DNA of 63,096 nucleotides, counting the filler, from Octopus bimaculoides (lineage: Eukaryota), in the NCBI RefSeq assembly GCF_001194135.2. It is 7 parts of 7 records of this genome, joined end to end, with 100 filler letters (N's around TTAATTAATTAA, not from the genome) between each part and the next. Parts side by side here need not be neighbours in the genome. Positions count along the whole stretch, not along the records: positions 1 to 29,768 come from NC_068981.1; 6 more parts are not named here. One strand, written 5' to 3'. Made by a program: the position numbers and the translations under genes. Below the pieces are notes generated by a model. That model was not told where the DNA came from. It saw only the letters and a program-made list of their open reading frames with translations, and ran no database searches. Positions 10,945 through 23,450 of this stretch are shown here, piece by piece; the stretch's first letter is position 1, and each line of letters starts with the position of its first letter.

Positions 10945-12589
10945 GGGAATATTATGTAAGACAGTTAGTGAAATTTGAAAGTACCAGTAATTCAATATAT
11001 CAGTTTTTTATATATTTTATTTATTTTTCATATTAAATTTTTTATATATATTTTATTTATTGTTTTTATATTAAATTTTTATCAAAATTGATCTGTTCTG
11101 TCGACGTTCAGTTTCTAATTTCATCATCTTAAAGATTGAGCCAGTTTCTCTTTAGTCAGAATTTCATACTTACTTTGAAATTGAATATTATGTATATGAA
11201 AACACTCTAGCATTCTATAAGATACCCTACCTTGTTTCTATCATGTCATCTCTAAAAATCAGGTTTAAAAACATCATAACACTGAATATAAGAAAGCCAT
11301 TAAGATTATGTTTATTTTCTCTTTAGTAAAATATACTATGAAATATTAAAAAAAGAGCCAAAATCAAAAATCTGATGGTTCATGTGACTTGTTTATTTGT
11401 CTCCTAACTATTTTTTTACTCAACTAAAAAAAAAAATAACGAATGAACTTTCCTTGTCAGAAACAACATTTTTTTCCCCTTTCAAAGATTTAAAAATATT
11501 AATCACTTGTAAGTTGAATTGTGACCTAAAGACGAAAGAATGTATTTCATGAATTATTAAACTCAGACCAAAGATCAGTTTGTGATAAGAATTTATGAAT
11601 TATAATATTTATTTCATTATTATTTCACTTATTTTATTGAATTTTCCAAGTGTTATTCTCCCAAAATGGTAAATGATAATACAAGACTGAATACTGAATA
11701 CCAATGTTGTTTCCAATATGAAATAATATTTTTGAATTTTATATCCACCTTTCTTTAATATTAAAATGTAGGATAAAACAATTACACACATACACGCACA
11801 GATAAACATACAGGCATATACATATGCATGCACACATATACCATCCTCCTCTTCATTATCATCATTACTGCCACCACCATCACCATCACCATCACCATCA
11901 CCATCACCACCACCACCACCACCACCACCACCACTAAAAACAACCAAAATTACATGGAAAGCACTTACACATACACACATGCACACACAAACACACACGC
12001 AAACACACATGCACCCATTGTTTGAAACAGATAGCATTGTGAAACATGATTTATGTCCTTGGGCAGCAACTGCTATTTTCTATTTGCTTACCCTTAGAAA
12101 GTATGAAGACTGGCTAATATTTCTTTCAAACTTCCCTTTTGTTACATTTATTCACACTCTCAAAATCCCTCTCAACACATAACTATGATATTCCCCCACT
12201 ACTCCTGCCCATGATTGGAGATGCACATATTGTCAGCCACTAAAGAACATGCTCAAGTCATTAAGGTCAAATAACTGACAAGCAAATCTGGTATTGAGCA
12301 GAATATTTGCTATAACAATATTTCTGCTTCAGCAACTCAGCACTGAATCTGTCTGAAATGTAAAGAAAAATAGGTCAGTTTCAAAACATTGATGTCCAGA
12401 TCATAAAAGCAAAGTTTGAAGGGAAGAGCAGTCATTTCCTTTGATTTCTAAATATAAACAAATAGGAAATAACACTTACTGACTAAAAACAAACAAAAAG
12501 AAAAGATATAAATTTTGTTACATTGTGTAATTCACTCCATTGACACTTATTTTGTGTATTCCTAATGTGACAGGAAAGAATTACAAGAC

Positions 12590-12800
12590 AGTTTCTTCAA
12601 GCTGAGCCGACTATCAGGAGACCTTGGAGTAGACCAAGAATAAGATGGTTAGATAGTCGCATCTGGTCATGCTTGGGAATCCTGCTTGGAAGTGTAATGA
12701 TATTTATTTCTGATATGACCCTATGGAGAAGATGTCTGAGAACTCTACCCCCATGACCCTCCAAAAATAGTGGGCAAAGAAAATGGATGGATGGATGGAA
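12590..12800 (+). mobile_element. LINE 3' end (RTE-like) with (TGGA)n tail
   Basis: RP.SRPRIRWLD-like translation ending aaatggatggatggatgg. Confidence 0.45.
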
Positions 12801-13137
12801 TATACTAAGAAAAGGCAGAAAGCAAGAAACTCAGAGTGGCAGCAGCATAAACAGAATATTGCCATGTAAAAAGCAAATTCTACTGAGCATTTACTTAGTC
12901 ATTCAACCCCCAAGAATCAACAGGCAAATCTCTCTCAAAATATGTTCTAAAAATTAAAAACCTGTATGAATACCTATTATGAACTTTTAATAAGTGCCAT
13001 AACACAAATCCAATCATCTATGAGGAAATCAAAGATGAGGCATTGGGAAGACACATTAGATAATGTAGTCCTAGGTGCACTTAAAAAGCCTAAATGGTTA
13101 GGGATGGAATACCTTTGATGATATCTTTGCTCAATTA

Positions 13138-14058
13138 GTATGTAGCAGAGCTACATATTACATAGTAAATATGAGTCCACCTGCACAGCAGATGAATATA
13201 TCAATGAGGCATCTAGCCTCGCTTTAATATACTAGCCTTGCTTTGATACAGTAGTCTCATTCTAAGACACTAGCCTTTTTCTGAGCTACACTGTAGAAAC
13301 TCCAGTACCTGCCAAATTTTAGTCAAAGACGCATGTCTTCTCTGCAACTCCACGTGCAATCTCCCACGTGTGACTCACATGTCTATTCACCTTGACACAA
13401 GATATATGGTTCATAAATGAAAATATTTTATCACACATTCATTCTCAAAATGACTGTTCTCATTACACACATGCATATATACTGTAATACAAATATATGT
13501 TACTCCCTTCTGTGCAAAAGCAAAAATTCCATTTTATAGCATCTGTTCTTAAATAAAGTGCATGTTATTAAATGGAAAAACAGTTAGTATGAATCACCAT
13601 AAGACATTTTGTGTATAAATATATTGTTTATTCTGTGTTCAACTTTTGTCGTGGAAGAATGTAGTATGATACAAAAACATGTGTGTTTACCTACAAATAA
13701 AGTTTTGGCTTTTGCTTTTGCTCTGAAAGAAGTAACATATAATATTTGTATTACAGTATGAATGCATGTGTGTAATGAGAACAGTCATTTTGAGAATGTG
13801 TGTGTGATAAAATATCTTCGTTTATGAACCATACATCTTGTGTTGAGGTGAATAAACAAGTGAGTCACACATGGGAGATTGTGTGTGGAAGGAACTGGAA
13901 ATTCTACAGTGTAGCTCAGAACAAGGCTAGTGTCTCAGAACGAGGCTACTGTATCAAAGTGAGGCTAGTGTATTAAAGTGAGGCTAGACACCTCATCAAT
14001 ATATTCATCTGCTGTGCAGGTCAATTCACATATTACTATGTACCTCTGCTACAAGTAC
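13138..14058. mobile_element. MITE with ~320-360-bp inverted arms, TA-flanked
   Basis: 13138-13500 is the reverse complement of 13740-14058 (gtatgtagcagag... / ...ctctgctacaagtac); TA on both sides; internal short gaggctag repeats. Confidence 0.85.
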
Positions 14059-14934
14059 TAACCTAAGATAAACAAAAACCCCATCAAATAGAACCTTCCT
14101 GATCTCCTGCGTAATGCAAATAAATAGGACTAACTACAAGTTTATAACATACTATTTTGTGGCAGTGAACAGCAAACAATAATTTCCTTGACATTTTCAA
14201 AAATTTCTTTATCAATATATTATTTACTGAAGACTGTCCAAGAGCAAATCTTCATTTACTCTACAAGAATCAATGAAAACTGTTTGGTTTGTGCATATAA
14301 GTATTTGCAAGCGTAGTGCTATAGAGATTCTATATAGCTGAACACTTTCAATGACCAAAGTAGGTGGCTGATAGTGGAACAATATACCTGCTCATATTTA
14401 CTAAAGAATATTACAATACCTGCTATCAAAATACAAATGAATTAACTACTAGAAAAAGTGGAGTATGTTAGCGACAGAATGAGATGGAAAACCAACTTTT
14501 AAGAAAATATCAATATAAAGTCATCAACCACAAACACCTTTTGATTTAGAAAAGCAAAAATTTCCAACAGTTGTGACTGTGTCCTTGAGAAGTTTACTTC
14601 CCAACTGCATGATTTCAGCTTCAGTCCTACTGCATGACACCTTGGGAAAATGTCTTCCACCATAGCTCCAGATTGACCAAAAGTTTATGAATGGATGTGG
14701 TAAGCAGAAATTGAAAAAAGCCCATTATATGTATGTATGTATGTAAGTATGGATGGATGGATGTACGTATGCATGTATGTATGTATGTATGTATGTATGT
14801 ATGTATGGATGGATGGATGGATGCATGCATGCATGTTTGAATGTATGCATGCATGTGTGTATGTGTGTGAATGTATGTGTATGTATGTATGTTGTGTATG
14901 TGTGAATGTATGTGTATGTATGTGTATGTGTGTA

Positions 14935-14973
<39 letters not shown>

Positions 14974-15407
14974 ATGTATGTATGTATGTATGGGCATCAC
15001 TGTCATAAAAGCAGTGTCATTCATTTCCAGTATTCTGCAGAGCATGTCAAGTAATGGGAAAATATCTTGCTTGGAAACAGGTAAGGGTTGGCAACAGGAA
15101 GGGCATCCAGCAATAGAAAATATACTTTAGTAATCTCCCTGTAACATATGCAAGCATAGAAAAGTGGATGTTAAAACGATGATGATAATGATCACAATAA
15201 CAATGGTATATCTAGAATCTTGAAAGTTTCAAAGCAGAGCTTCAAGACATGCCTTGTAAGGTAAGGCTGGAGATACATAGAAATATTCTCCAATACAAAC
15301 TCAACAAAAACATATAAACAATAAAGAAATCTAGCTGAGTATATAAAACCTGTATAAATGAGATATGAACACCTACAATGACCTCTTAATAAATGACATA
15401 CACACAC

Positions 15408-15495
15408 CTTTAGAGAGACAAATTTCATCAACAATGATGAAATCAAGAGGGAAGCAAAGCTCAAAACAATTTAGATTAGATTGCACTTTAGAAAA
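15408..15495 (-). CDS. Weak candidate exon (FSKVQSNLNCFELCFPLDFIIVDEICLSK)
   Basis: Acceptor ggcttttgttttcatttag| and donor AAG|gtgtgt; 88 nt open in phase 0 to 1; no family recognised. Confidence 0.2.
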
Positions 15496-16864
15496 CTAAA
15501 TGAAAACAAAAGCCATATATTACTCTGAACGATCACAAAGAAAATTTGCCAGTAAACTTCAAATACAGGTTGATAAATTGTGTAAAGAATGAACTTGGTA
15601 TAGTTAGTAAACACATTCTAAACAGTATTAACACCAATAAAAAGTAAAAAAAGAAGAAAAAGAAAAGCCATCAGCTTTCAATAAATAAATAACAGCAATT
15701 TAATGATTCAATAATCTCAAGATTAAAAATAGTTGCAAGTTCACTCGGTCTGACTTTGAGTGAACTTGCACTTAATGTCAAACTGAGTTCAAATTTTATC
15801 TGTTAATTTTCAAACCTCATTTCACCAAAGCATTGAAATTTGGAAAGAAGCACAGTACCATAAGTAGTTATAATAAGTTTAAGTAGATGAAAATAGCAAT
15901 GCTCCATCTAATGTAGGCACCAGTACTACAGTGAATATATATGTTGAATATATATACATTCTAGATATGGTAAAACAATATTCAAAACTCTAAATATATG
16001 CATGCACAAAGACAATGGCCTTGCAGTTTCATACCACACAAATCACCAGATATGTATGAGATATATTTAATTAGCACATTCAATTAGTGTGGCTTTAATA
16101 TTACCATCACAACCAGCATAAAATTAGTTAACACAAATACAGAATTTAACAACGTTTCTAATATCTTAAAACAAATGGTCAGCAATATATGTAGGAGAAT
16201 ATTGCATTAGAAAAAAAGTAGATTTAAAGGAAAATGTTAGCTTCTTATCTTACTGTAATTAGAAATGAAAGAATCATAGAAAATTAACATAATTTGCTTT
16301 AACTTGTTATTCAGTAGAAATTTAAAATCAATTTATTGCTCTAATTAAAAATATTCTCGAACCAGTTAAAATTATCACAGCAAAAGCAATATGAATAATA
16401 TGAATGTTAATTACATTGCATGAAAACTATTAGCAGCAATGGGTCAGTGATGACAACGTAAAGGAAACCAAATATAACTGTAGACCTGCTCTTGTTACAA
16501 ATTGCTTAATAAAGCAATTATCTTTGAAATTTTGTCTTTTGTATAAGCAAAGGTAGCTTTAAAATGATTTTCTCAACACTGAATCTATCTTCAGAAATTA
16601 GAAAGGAAAAGAAATACTACAACTTTGTCCAGATATGTATGGTAATTGAAAAACTGACATGTTGAATATTTCAATATCAACTGGTCAATCATCAACTGTA
16701 ACTTTCTCTATATAAATCAGCCTTTCACTACAGAATAATATCCAAACAAATCAGTACTGTATATTTATGGATCTCCTATTAAATATACCCCTCCTATATT
16801 ATGATCATTAGGATTTATCTTCTTATTTACTATATGAGGATTAACCGGAATTTACACACATATA

Positions 16865-17930
16865 TGAGGTAGTATCAAAAGGTTCCTAGACTAGTATGTA
16901 GCATGCCAACAGATGGCAGCACATGGTTGCATGCACGGTGAGAGCTAGCAGTGATCTTCATGAGGTAGTGTGCTGTGTGACATTGCTGTGTTTACTTTAC
17001 AAGTTGTGAAACTTGTGTTTTTGTAATCATGTGGATGCTGTAGTCTGCAATTTTGTCATAGACAAGAAGATGGAACTAAGAGCCAACATGAAATTTTATG
17101 TTAAACTTAGGAAGACTTTGAAAATTAGGGAGACATTGAGCCTGCTTTAGCAAGCTTATGGTGATGAGGCAATGGGTTGTGCACAATATTTCAAGTGGCA
17201 TGGGCGCTTCAAAAGCAGAACATACCTGGACATCGATGAGTGATCTGGAAGACCTGTCCTGAGCATCACCCCCAAAAATGTGGAGAAAATTCCTCAGCTT
17301 GTACATGAAGATCATCAGAGGACAATCAACGACATTGCTGATGTTGTTGGTATGTTGTATGGGTCTGTGAGGCAATCCTAATGTCTGAATTGAACATGCA
17401 GTGTGTCTCTGCCAAGTTTGTCTCCCACCTGCTGGCCACTGAACAAAAAGAACATTGTGTCAAAGTCTGTAAAAATCTCTGTCAGCATGCCACTGGCAAC
17501 CCATCCTTCATGTCGAGGATCATTACTGGTGATGAGAGTTGGGACAATGGGTACGACCCTGAGACAAAGCAGCAGTCATCACAATGGAAGAGCCCTTCAT
17601 CTCTATGACCAAAGAAAGTATTACAGAGCTGCAGCTCAATCAAAAGCATGCTCATTGTTTTTTCTGACATCTGTGGTATTGAGCATCAAGAATTCCTCCT
17701 GCAGGGCCAGGCCATAAATCAAGAGTTCTACTCCAATGTTTTGAAGCATTTGAGTGTCCTCCCTCAAATGAGGACATTCGGTGAAAGTGATCAGATCTGT
17801 GGAGCGCAAAGAACTGGATTCTTCATGATGACAATGCATCCTGTCACCAAGATCCTCTTACTCGTTAGCTTCTTAACAAAAACAACATGATATCGCTTCT
17901 GCCTTATTCGCCAGATTTAGCACCTGTAGA
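16865..17930 (+). mobile_element. Degenerate mariner (DD34D-type) transposon, 3'-truncated
   Basis: TA then TIR-like tgaggtagtatcaaaaggttcc; motifs SGRP, SAKFVSHLL (WVPHEL-equivalent), IITGDESW, YDPETKQQSSQWK, HDDNA and PYSPDLAP; multiple stops and frameshifts. Confidence 0.9.
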
Positions 17931-18231
17931 GGACACTCAAATGCTTCAAAACAATTTCAAAACATTGTCTAGTTTAAAAAGCCACAACAGACGCCATGAA
18001 AGGGCTAAGGTATAGGTGCAGGAGGTGGTCAAACTCTGTGTAAGGAGTAGACAACCACCATATATATACAAGGAGTAGAGAAAGTAAAATTTATATTAAT
18101 AAATACATGACAATTGTACAATTGTTTCAATACTTGTATATTTTCTTGATATACCTTTCAGTAAATGCATGTGCAGTGAAACAATTGTACAGTGTTAGTT
18201 ATATACACATACATGCATGCATATATACATG

Positions 18232-18263
<32 letters not shown>

Positions 18264-18293
18264 AGTACATACGTACGTACGTACGTACATACA

Positions 18294-18329
<36 letters not shown>

Positions 18330-18380
18330 CATATATACATACATACATACATATATAAACCATACATAGATATGTATTTA

Positions 18381-19617
18381 CAGGGGTTAGACAAAATAAT
18401 GGAAACACCTTAAAATTTCAAACAAATTTATTTTAAAATGGGGTAGAACCGCCTTTGGCAGTAATTACAGCTTGAATTCTATGAGGTATGGACTAGTACA
18501 AAGTTTGAATTGTTTCCAAAGGAATTTTTGCACATTTTTCAGCTAAAACAGTCTCCAGTTCTTGTAGTGATGATGGTGGAGGATATTGACTCTTTACTTG
18601 TTTTTCTAAAATGCACCATAAGTGTTCAATAATATTGAGATCTGGGGACTGTGGTGGCCAGATAAGATGTTCAACTTCACTAGAATGTTCCTCATGCCAT
18701 TCAGTTACAACTTTAGCTGTATGAATTGGTGCGTCATCACCCTGAAAGATAGCGTTTCCCTCTGGAAACAGTTTCACAACCATAGGATGAATTTGATCAG
18801 ATAAAATGCTTAAATAGTCTTGACTATTAATTCTGCCATGAAGGGAAACCATTGGGCTGGTAGATTTCCAAGATATAGCCTCCCAGATCATCACAGATCC
18901 TCCTCCATGTTTAACAGTTGGAAGAAGGCAATCTGGGTCAAATGCTTCTTTTGGTTGTCTCCACATATGTACTCGGCCAGTGGTTGGAAATAAGGTAAAG
19001 GATGACTCATCTGAGAAAAGAACATTCTTCCACTGCTCTAGGGACCTATTCTGTAGGTTTTTACTCCACTCTAAATGCTTTGCAATGTTTGTTTTTGAAA
19101 ATAGTAGTGAAATCCGGCTTTGTGCAGCTCCTGGCAAACAGTTTTTGTGGAATCTGGATTCCTGAGATAGTCATTAAGCTCTGCAGTTATCTTGGGAGCT
19201 GTACTTTTGTTATCCTTTCTAACAATTCGTGTAAGAGTCTGACAGTCCCTATCTGAAAGTTTTGGTTTTCTTCTGGAGTTTTGTTTCAACAAGGAGGTTT
19301 TTCTCTCTTTCTCAAAGGCTGTCATTACTGTCAAGACAGTACTTCTTGATACACCAAACATTTTGGCTGTTTTCATTAAGCTAGCATCTGCCATATGAGC
19401 ACCAATAATTTGACCTCTTTGAAAGTCTGATAGCTGTGTCATTTTAATGAATTTTAATTACCTTTTTCTGATGATATCTGAAAAGAAGCAGCAATTTCAG
19501 CAAAACATATTAAGCAACATAAATAATAAAAATAGACAAACTTTTGACAGTTTTATAGATATTTCAAGATTAAAATGCTGTAATGCTAGATGTTTCCATT
19601 ATTTTGTCCCACCCCTG
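18381..19617 (-). mobile_element. Near full-length Tc1-family transposon (1237 bp), DD36E spacing, Incomer-like
   Basis: 27-bp TIRs CAGGGGTTAGACAAAATAATGGAAACA / CAGGGGTGGGACAAAATAATGGAAACA (25/27); TA at 18379-80 and 18618-type position 19618-19. Confidence 0.95.
18433..19442 (-). pseudogene. Tc1 transposase pseudogene
   Basis: Paired-like HTH N-terminus (MTQLSDFQRGQIIG...), FSDESSF, FQGDDAPIH and SPDLNIIEHLW; one frameshift/deletion near 19110 and a premature TAG at about 18493. Confidence 0.93.
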
Positions 19618-19919
19618 TATGTATACACATGTATACACACATTCAGATACACGTGCCCAACGCACACACACAGATAAGTGTAAGTTTCTGTTTGTGTGAA
19701 CACAATATACCACAATCATCACAGAAAAAGAATGTAGAGTTTGGATGTTTATTTCATAAAGCTGTCTGTTTCATTCATGAGAAATTTTCAATGAGGGAAT
19801 TTTTTCTATGCATGGTTTTATATGTGATCAATAACATTATGTGCTCTGAAAATTGCATAAATATGATACACTGTAGATATAAATACAGGTGGATGTAGAC
19901 TGATTAAAAATGAAAAATG

Positions 19920-21150
19920 GTTACTTAAGTGAGGGAAAAATTGAAGAATAATGTAGATATTTCAAGAACATTTCTTAAAAATTTTGAAAAATCAACAGTT
20001 TCATTTGTGAAGCAGTTTATAGTTAAAGTCTTTAGTGCAAAGGACATAACTCATTTAGTTCATGTTGAAAGAAATCTTACCAAATTATGTCATAAAAGTA
20101 TACATATTTGATTAAAAGTGATGATGTATTAATTAATTTAAATTCATAAATGTGATTAAGTAGGTTACACTGAAAGGGTAATGAGACTGTGTTAAGTAAT
20201 TTAAAACTACAAGAGCATAGATATTAGAAAATAGGGTAAGATGATATTAATTTAAGAGTTTGATCTTAACAGGTATATGAAATAAATTGGATAGAAAGTA
20301 TTGATTGCAATTGTTTGAAGATGGAAAAAGCAGATATTGATTAAGGAATTGACTTTAAATTAAATGACTATATCTGATGATTTGATTAGAAAGTATAGAT
20401 TAAGGAAATATAGCTAAAACGTAATGAAGCAATAAGGATTAATTTAAATCCCTAAAAGTATACAAAATATATAATCTGGAATATAGAAGGGACGGAAATG
20501 GTTCAAGAATTAAAGCAAAATATTTAGGCAAAAAAAGTAAAAAGAAAAATACTGAGTAATTAAATCTAGAAGAGCATGGGGTTTAGAAGCTGGGAGTAAG
20601 GAAGTATTAATTCAAGAATTTAATCTAGTATAAGATATGAAAAATTTGGTTAGAAAAATTGTTTAAATATCTAAAAAGTAAATATTGATTAAAGAATTTA
20701 AATTAAATTAGTATATCTGATGTAGTGATTATTAAGTATTGATTAAAGAAGAATAATGGAATTTGATAAAACAGTATTGATTAATTTAAATCTACATGAG
20801 TATATAATATAGAATATAAAAGAGACTGTGATGTTTCAGGAATTTCAGTAAATATTTATGAGACAGTGTTGCTCAATTTAAATAAAATAAAGATTGTGGA
20901 ATTAGAAGATATCCTAAAAGAATATCAAGCCAGGGAGTGAATTTAAGACAAATAGGTCTAAAGATTGATACAGCAGAAGAAAATAAAGTGCATTTATTAT
21001 TTTAAATCTAAAAGGATATAGATTAGAGATGGTATAAAGCATAATTATTAAAGAATTTAAGCTAATGTATTATTTCTTACTTTTTTAGTTGAAAAGGATG
21101 CAATTCATAAATTAAGTTAATTAGAAAAATAGGATCAACATACATACCTT
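19920..21150. repeat. Very AT-rich degenerate repeat with recurring agtattgattaaagaatt(t)aa sub-units, possibly old Penelope-derived sequence
   Basis: The motif recurs near 20310, 20335, 20600, 20680, 20735, 20770 and 21040; no intact ORF. Confidence 0.35.
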
Positions 21151-21316
21151 TACATTTAAGTTGTATGACTTTGTGTGTAGTGTGTATTTAATTTGTAATA
21201 GAATATAAATCTAGAGATGTGAAACAATATAGTTAATTGGCTAGGAAACCAGGGAAGTATTATTTGGAGAGAAGACAATAAATGCCCAATTAATAAAAGG
21301 AAAGAATTTAGATACA

Positions 21317-21473
21317 GGCGCAGGTGTGGCTGTGTGGTAAATAGCTTGCTTACCAACTACATGATGTTCCGGGTCCAGTCCCACTGCATGGCACTTTGGG
21401 CAAGTATCTTCTACTATAGCCGGCCAAAGCCTTGTGAGTGGATTTAGTTGACGGAAACTGAAAGAAGCCCATC

Positions 21474-21525
<52 letters not shown>

Positions 21526-21787
21526 GTATATATGTATATATATATATATGTGTGTGTAAGTTTGAGTGTGTATGTGTGTGTGTGTTTGTGTCTATGTTTG
21601 TACCCTCAACATCGTTTGACAACTGATGTTGATGTGTTTATGTCCCCATAACTTAGTGGTTCAGCAAAAGAGACCGATAAAATAAGTACTTTGCTCACAA
21701 AGAATAAGTTCTGGGGGCGATTTGTTCAACTAAAGGTGGTGCTCCAGCATGGCTGCAGTCAAATGACTGAAACAAATAAAAGAATAG
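21317..21787 (+). mobile_element. Full-length tRNA-derived SINE with internal (TA)n(TG)n
   Basis: ggcgcaggtgtggctgtgtggtaa...ccgggtccagtcccactg head, body, and a ...actgaaacaaataaaagaatag tail. Confidence 0.85.
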
Positions 21788-21849
21788 TAAAGTGAAAACT
21801 AAGAATTTGGATTATGTAATGAAGAGATAATAATTAAGAAATCAAATTT

Positions 21850-23160
21850 ATATTTAGAACCATGTCAAGTTTTGAATAAATTGCATTATAAAAATGCTGA
21901 GTTGAAATGTAAATCTGAAAATAAAGTGGAATAAAAATGCACATCGACTGATGTTACTATTTAAATAATTAAGCAGGTGAAAAAGTTTATTTCAAAATCT
22001 ATATGTATACAAGATAGAATCCTTTCAATATGTCCTTTAAGGATTTTAACAAATAGTATCATCAAACTTTCAGTTATTCAAATGTCACACAGTTTTTTAT
22101 TCCTGGTGTAGGATCTGGCTTTGGATATCATCCAGATTAGATTGTAAAAAATACGGATTTATTTTTCAATTTCAGCTGTATATAGTCAGCAAACTTTAGT
22201 TGCTTTTGTTGAAGTTTCTAAAGGTCTAGCTGTGGAAATCATATCTAAAATTGAGAGGATTAGAGGTAATTTCATTGAATATTTTAGAGATGTTCTTTGT
22301 ACATTGGTCAACTTTGTCTTTGGCTAAACAATGTGAGTTTAAAGAGCAAGATATAAGATTAACGCAATAACATTGGTCTGATGATAAACTTGTGCTTATG
22401 TTATCCAGCTTTGAGAGATTAAAAGAACTAGGTTTTGGTTGAAGTTAGGATTAGAAAATTTTAATAGTGTTTTGATTAAAAATTTGCTAATATTTGTGTT
22501 ATGGGGAAATGTTTCTTAAGTGGTTTGCCTTCATGCTATCATGGAAATAGATTTTAGAGTATTTATGAATCCAAATAGAGTTATAATAATTGACTATTGT
22601 TTTACAAATATGTAATATTATTTCTATTTTTGAATCAGTGACATGAGTTGTGGATCTAATATAGTCAAATGCATTGATTAGTAGAATTTAGTCAATAGAA
22701 GTATAACAGTCCTTAATATCAAATGGTAGAAATGTTGTGCTGTTCTTATTTGGTATAGATTAAAACTAATCATTAACTTCTAGAGTCTTGTTCCATAAAA
22801 TCAAGAGGAAGATTCTATCTAATAAGTGATTATTGACTATTCCAGAATCATGTTCATAAGGATAAATAAGTATAATGGACAAGTTCAAGTCAAAATTGGA
22901 TTTTATATGATTTCTGAGAATCAAATATGAGGGTGAAGACTATAGTGGCTTTGTTTGGTTATCTATATGCAAGTATGAAGTCTTTTTACTCTTAGATATT
23001 GATTTCATTCTGGATATCCCCATTTGTTTTCCTGCAGGTATTTTCTTTTTAGTAAAGGGGTTGGAGACAAATCAGTGCTATGAATTATCATCTAATTCAT
23101 GCAGATTCTTCATCCTATTAAGTTTAAGAAATATTTTGTCTACTTATTTTTATATTTTGT
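21850..23160 (-). mobile_element. Highly degenerate Penelope-like element (RT and GIY-YIG remnants)
   Basis: Minus frames read FLPFDIKDCYTSID...IILHICKTIVNYYNSIWIHK (RT), with decayed linker and endonuclease remnants further left. Confidence 0.55.
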
Positions 23161-23244
23161 AGTTTAGTTGCTAGTTGTTTCGGAAGCTATTGTTAAAATT
23201 TGAAAGTTTGATGGCAGTGTGTGTGTGGTTGGAAATAACTGAGA

Positions 23245-23450
23245 GATACAGGCCTTCTCCAAACAGGAGAAGACTTGAGAAGACCCGGCAAGGCAAGTGA
23301 GACCATAACCCGTGGCCTTTGCCAGGGGTGTAACCAGCCCACTTATGTGTGCCTTTCCTTCATTGGACACTAAACTCTGCTTGCGAAGACCTGCTGAGAC
23401 AAGTGAAATCGAAATCGAAATCAAAACCAAATTCAATGACAGCACCACAT
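23245..23450 (+). mobile_element. RTE 3' end/UTR fragment
   Basis: ...gagaagacccggcaaggcaagtgaga...cctttccttcattggacactaaactc, same family as 25105-25466 and 45240-45845. Confidence 0.7.

Noticed and set aside
19920-21150. Possible NUMT or viral insert because of extreme AT content
   Set aside because: No recognisable mitochondrial gene, rRNA or viral motif; the internal repeats fit a decayed TE better
21148-21210. Phase-0 exon-like IYILLQIKYTLHTKSYNLNVK with a gtatgt donor
   Set aside because: It lies at the edge of the AT-rich degenerate repeat/Penelope region; splice-like signals are expected by chance there
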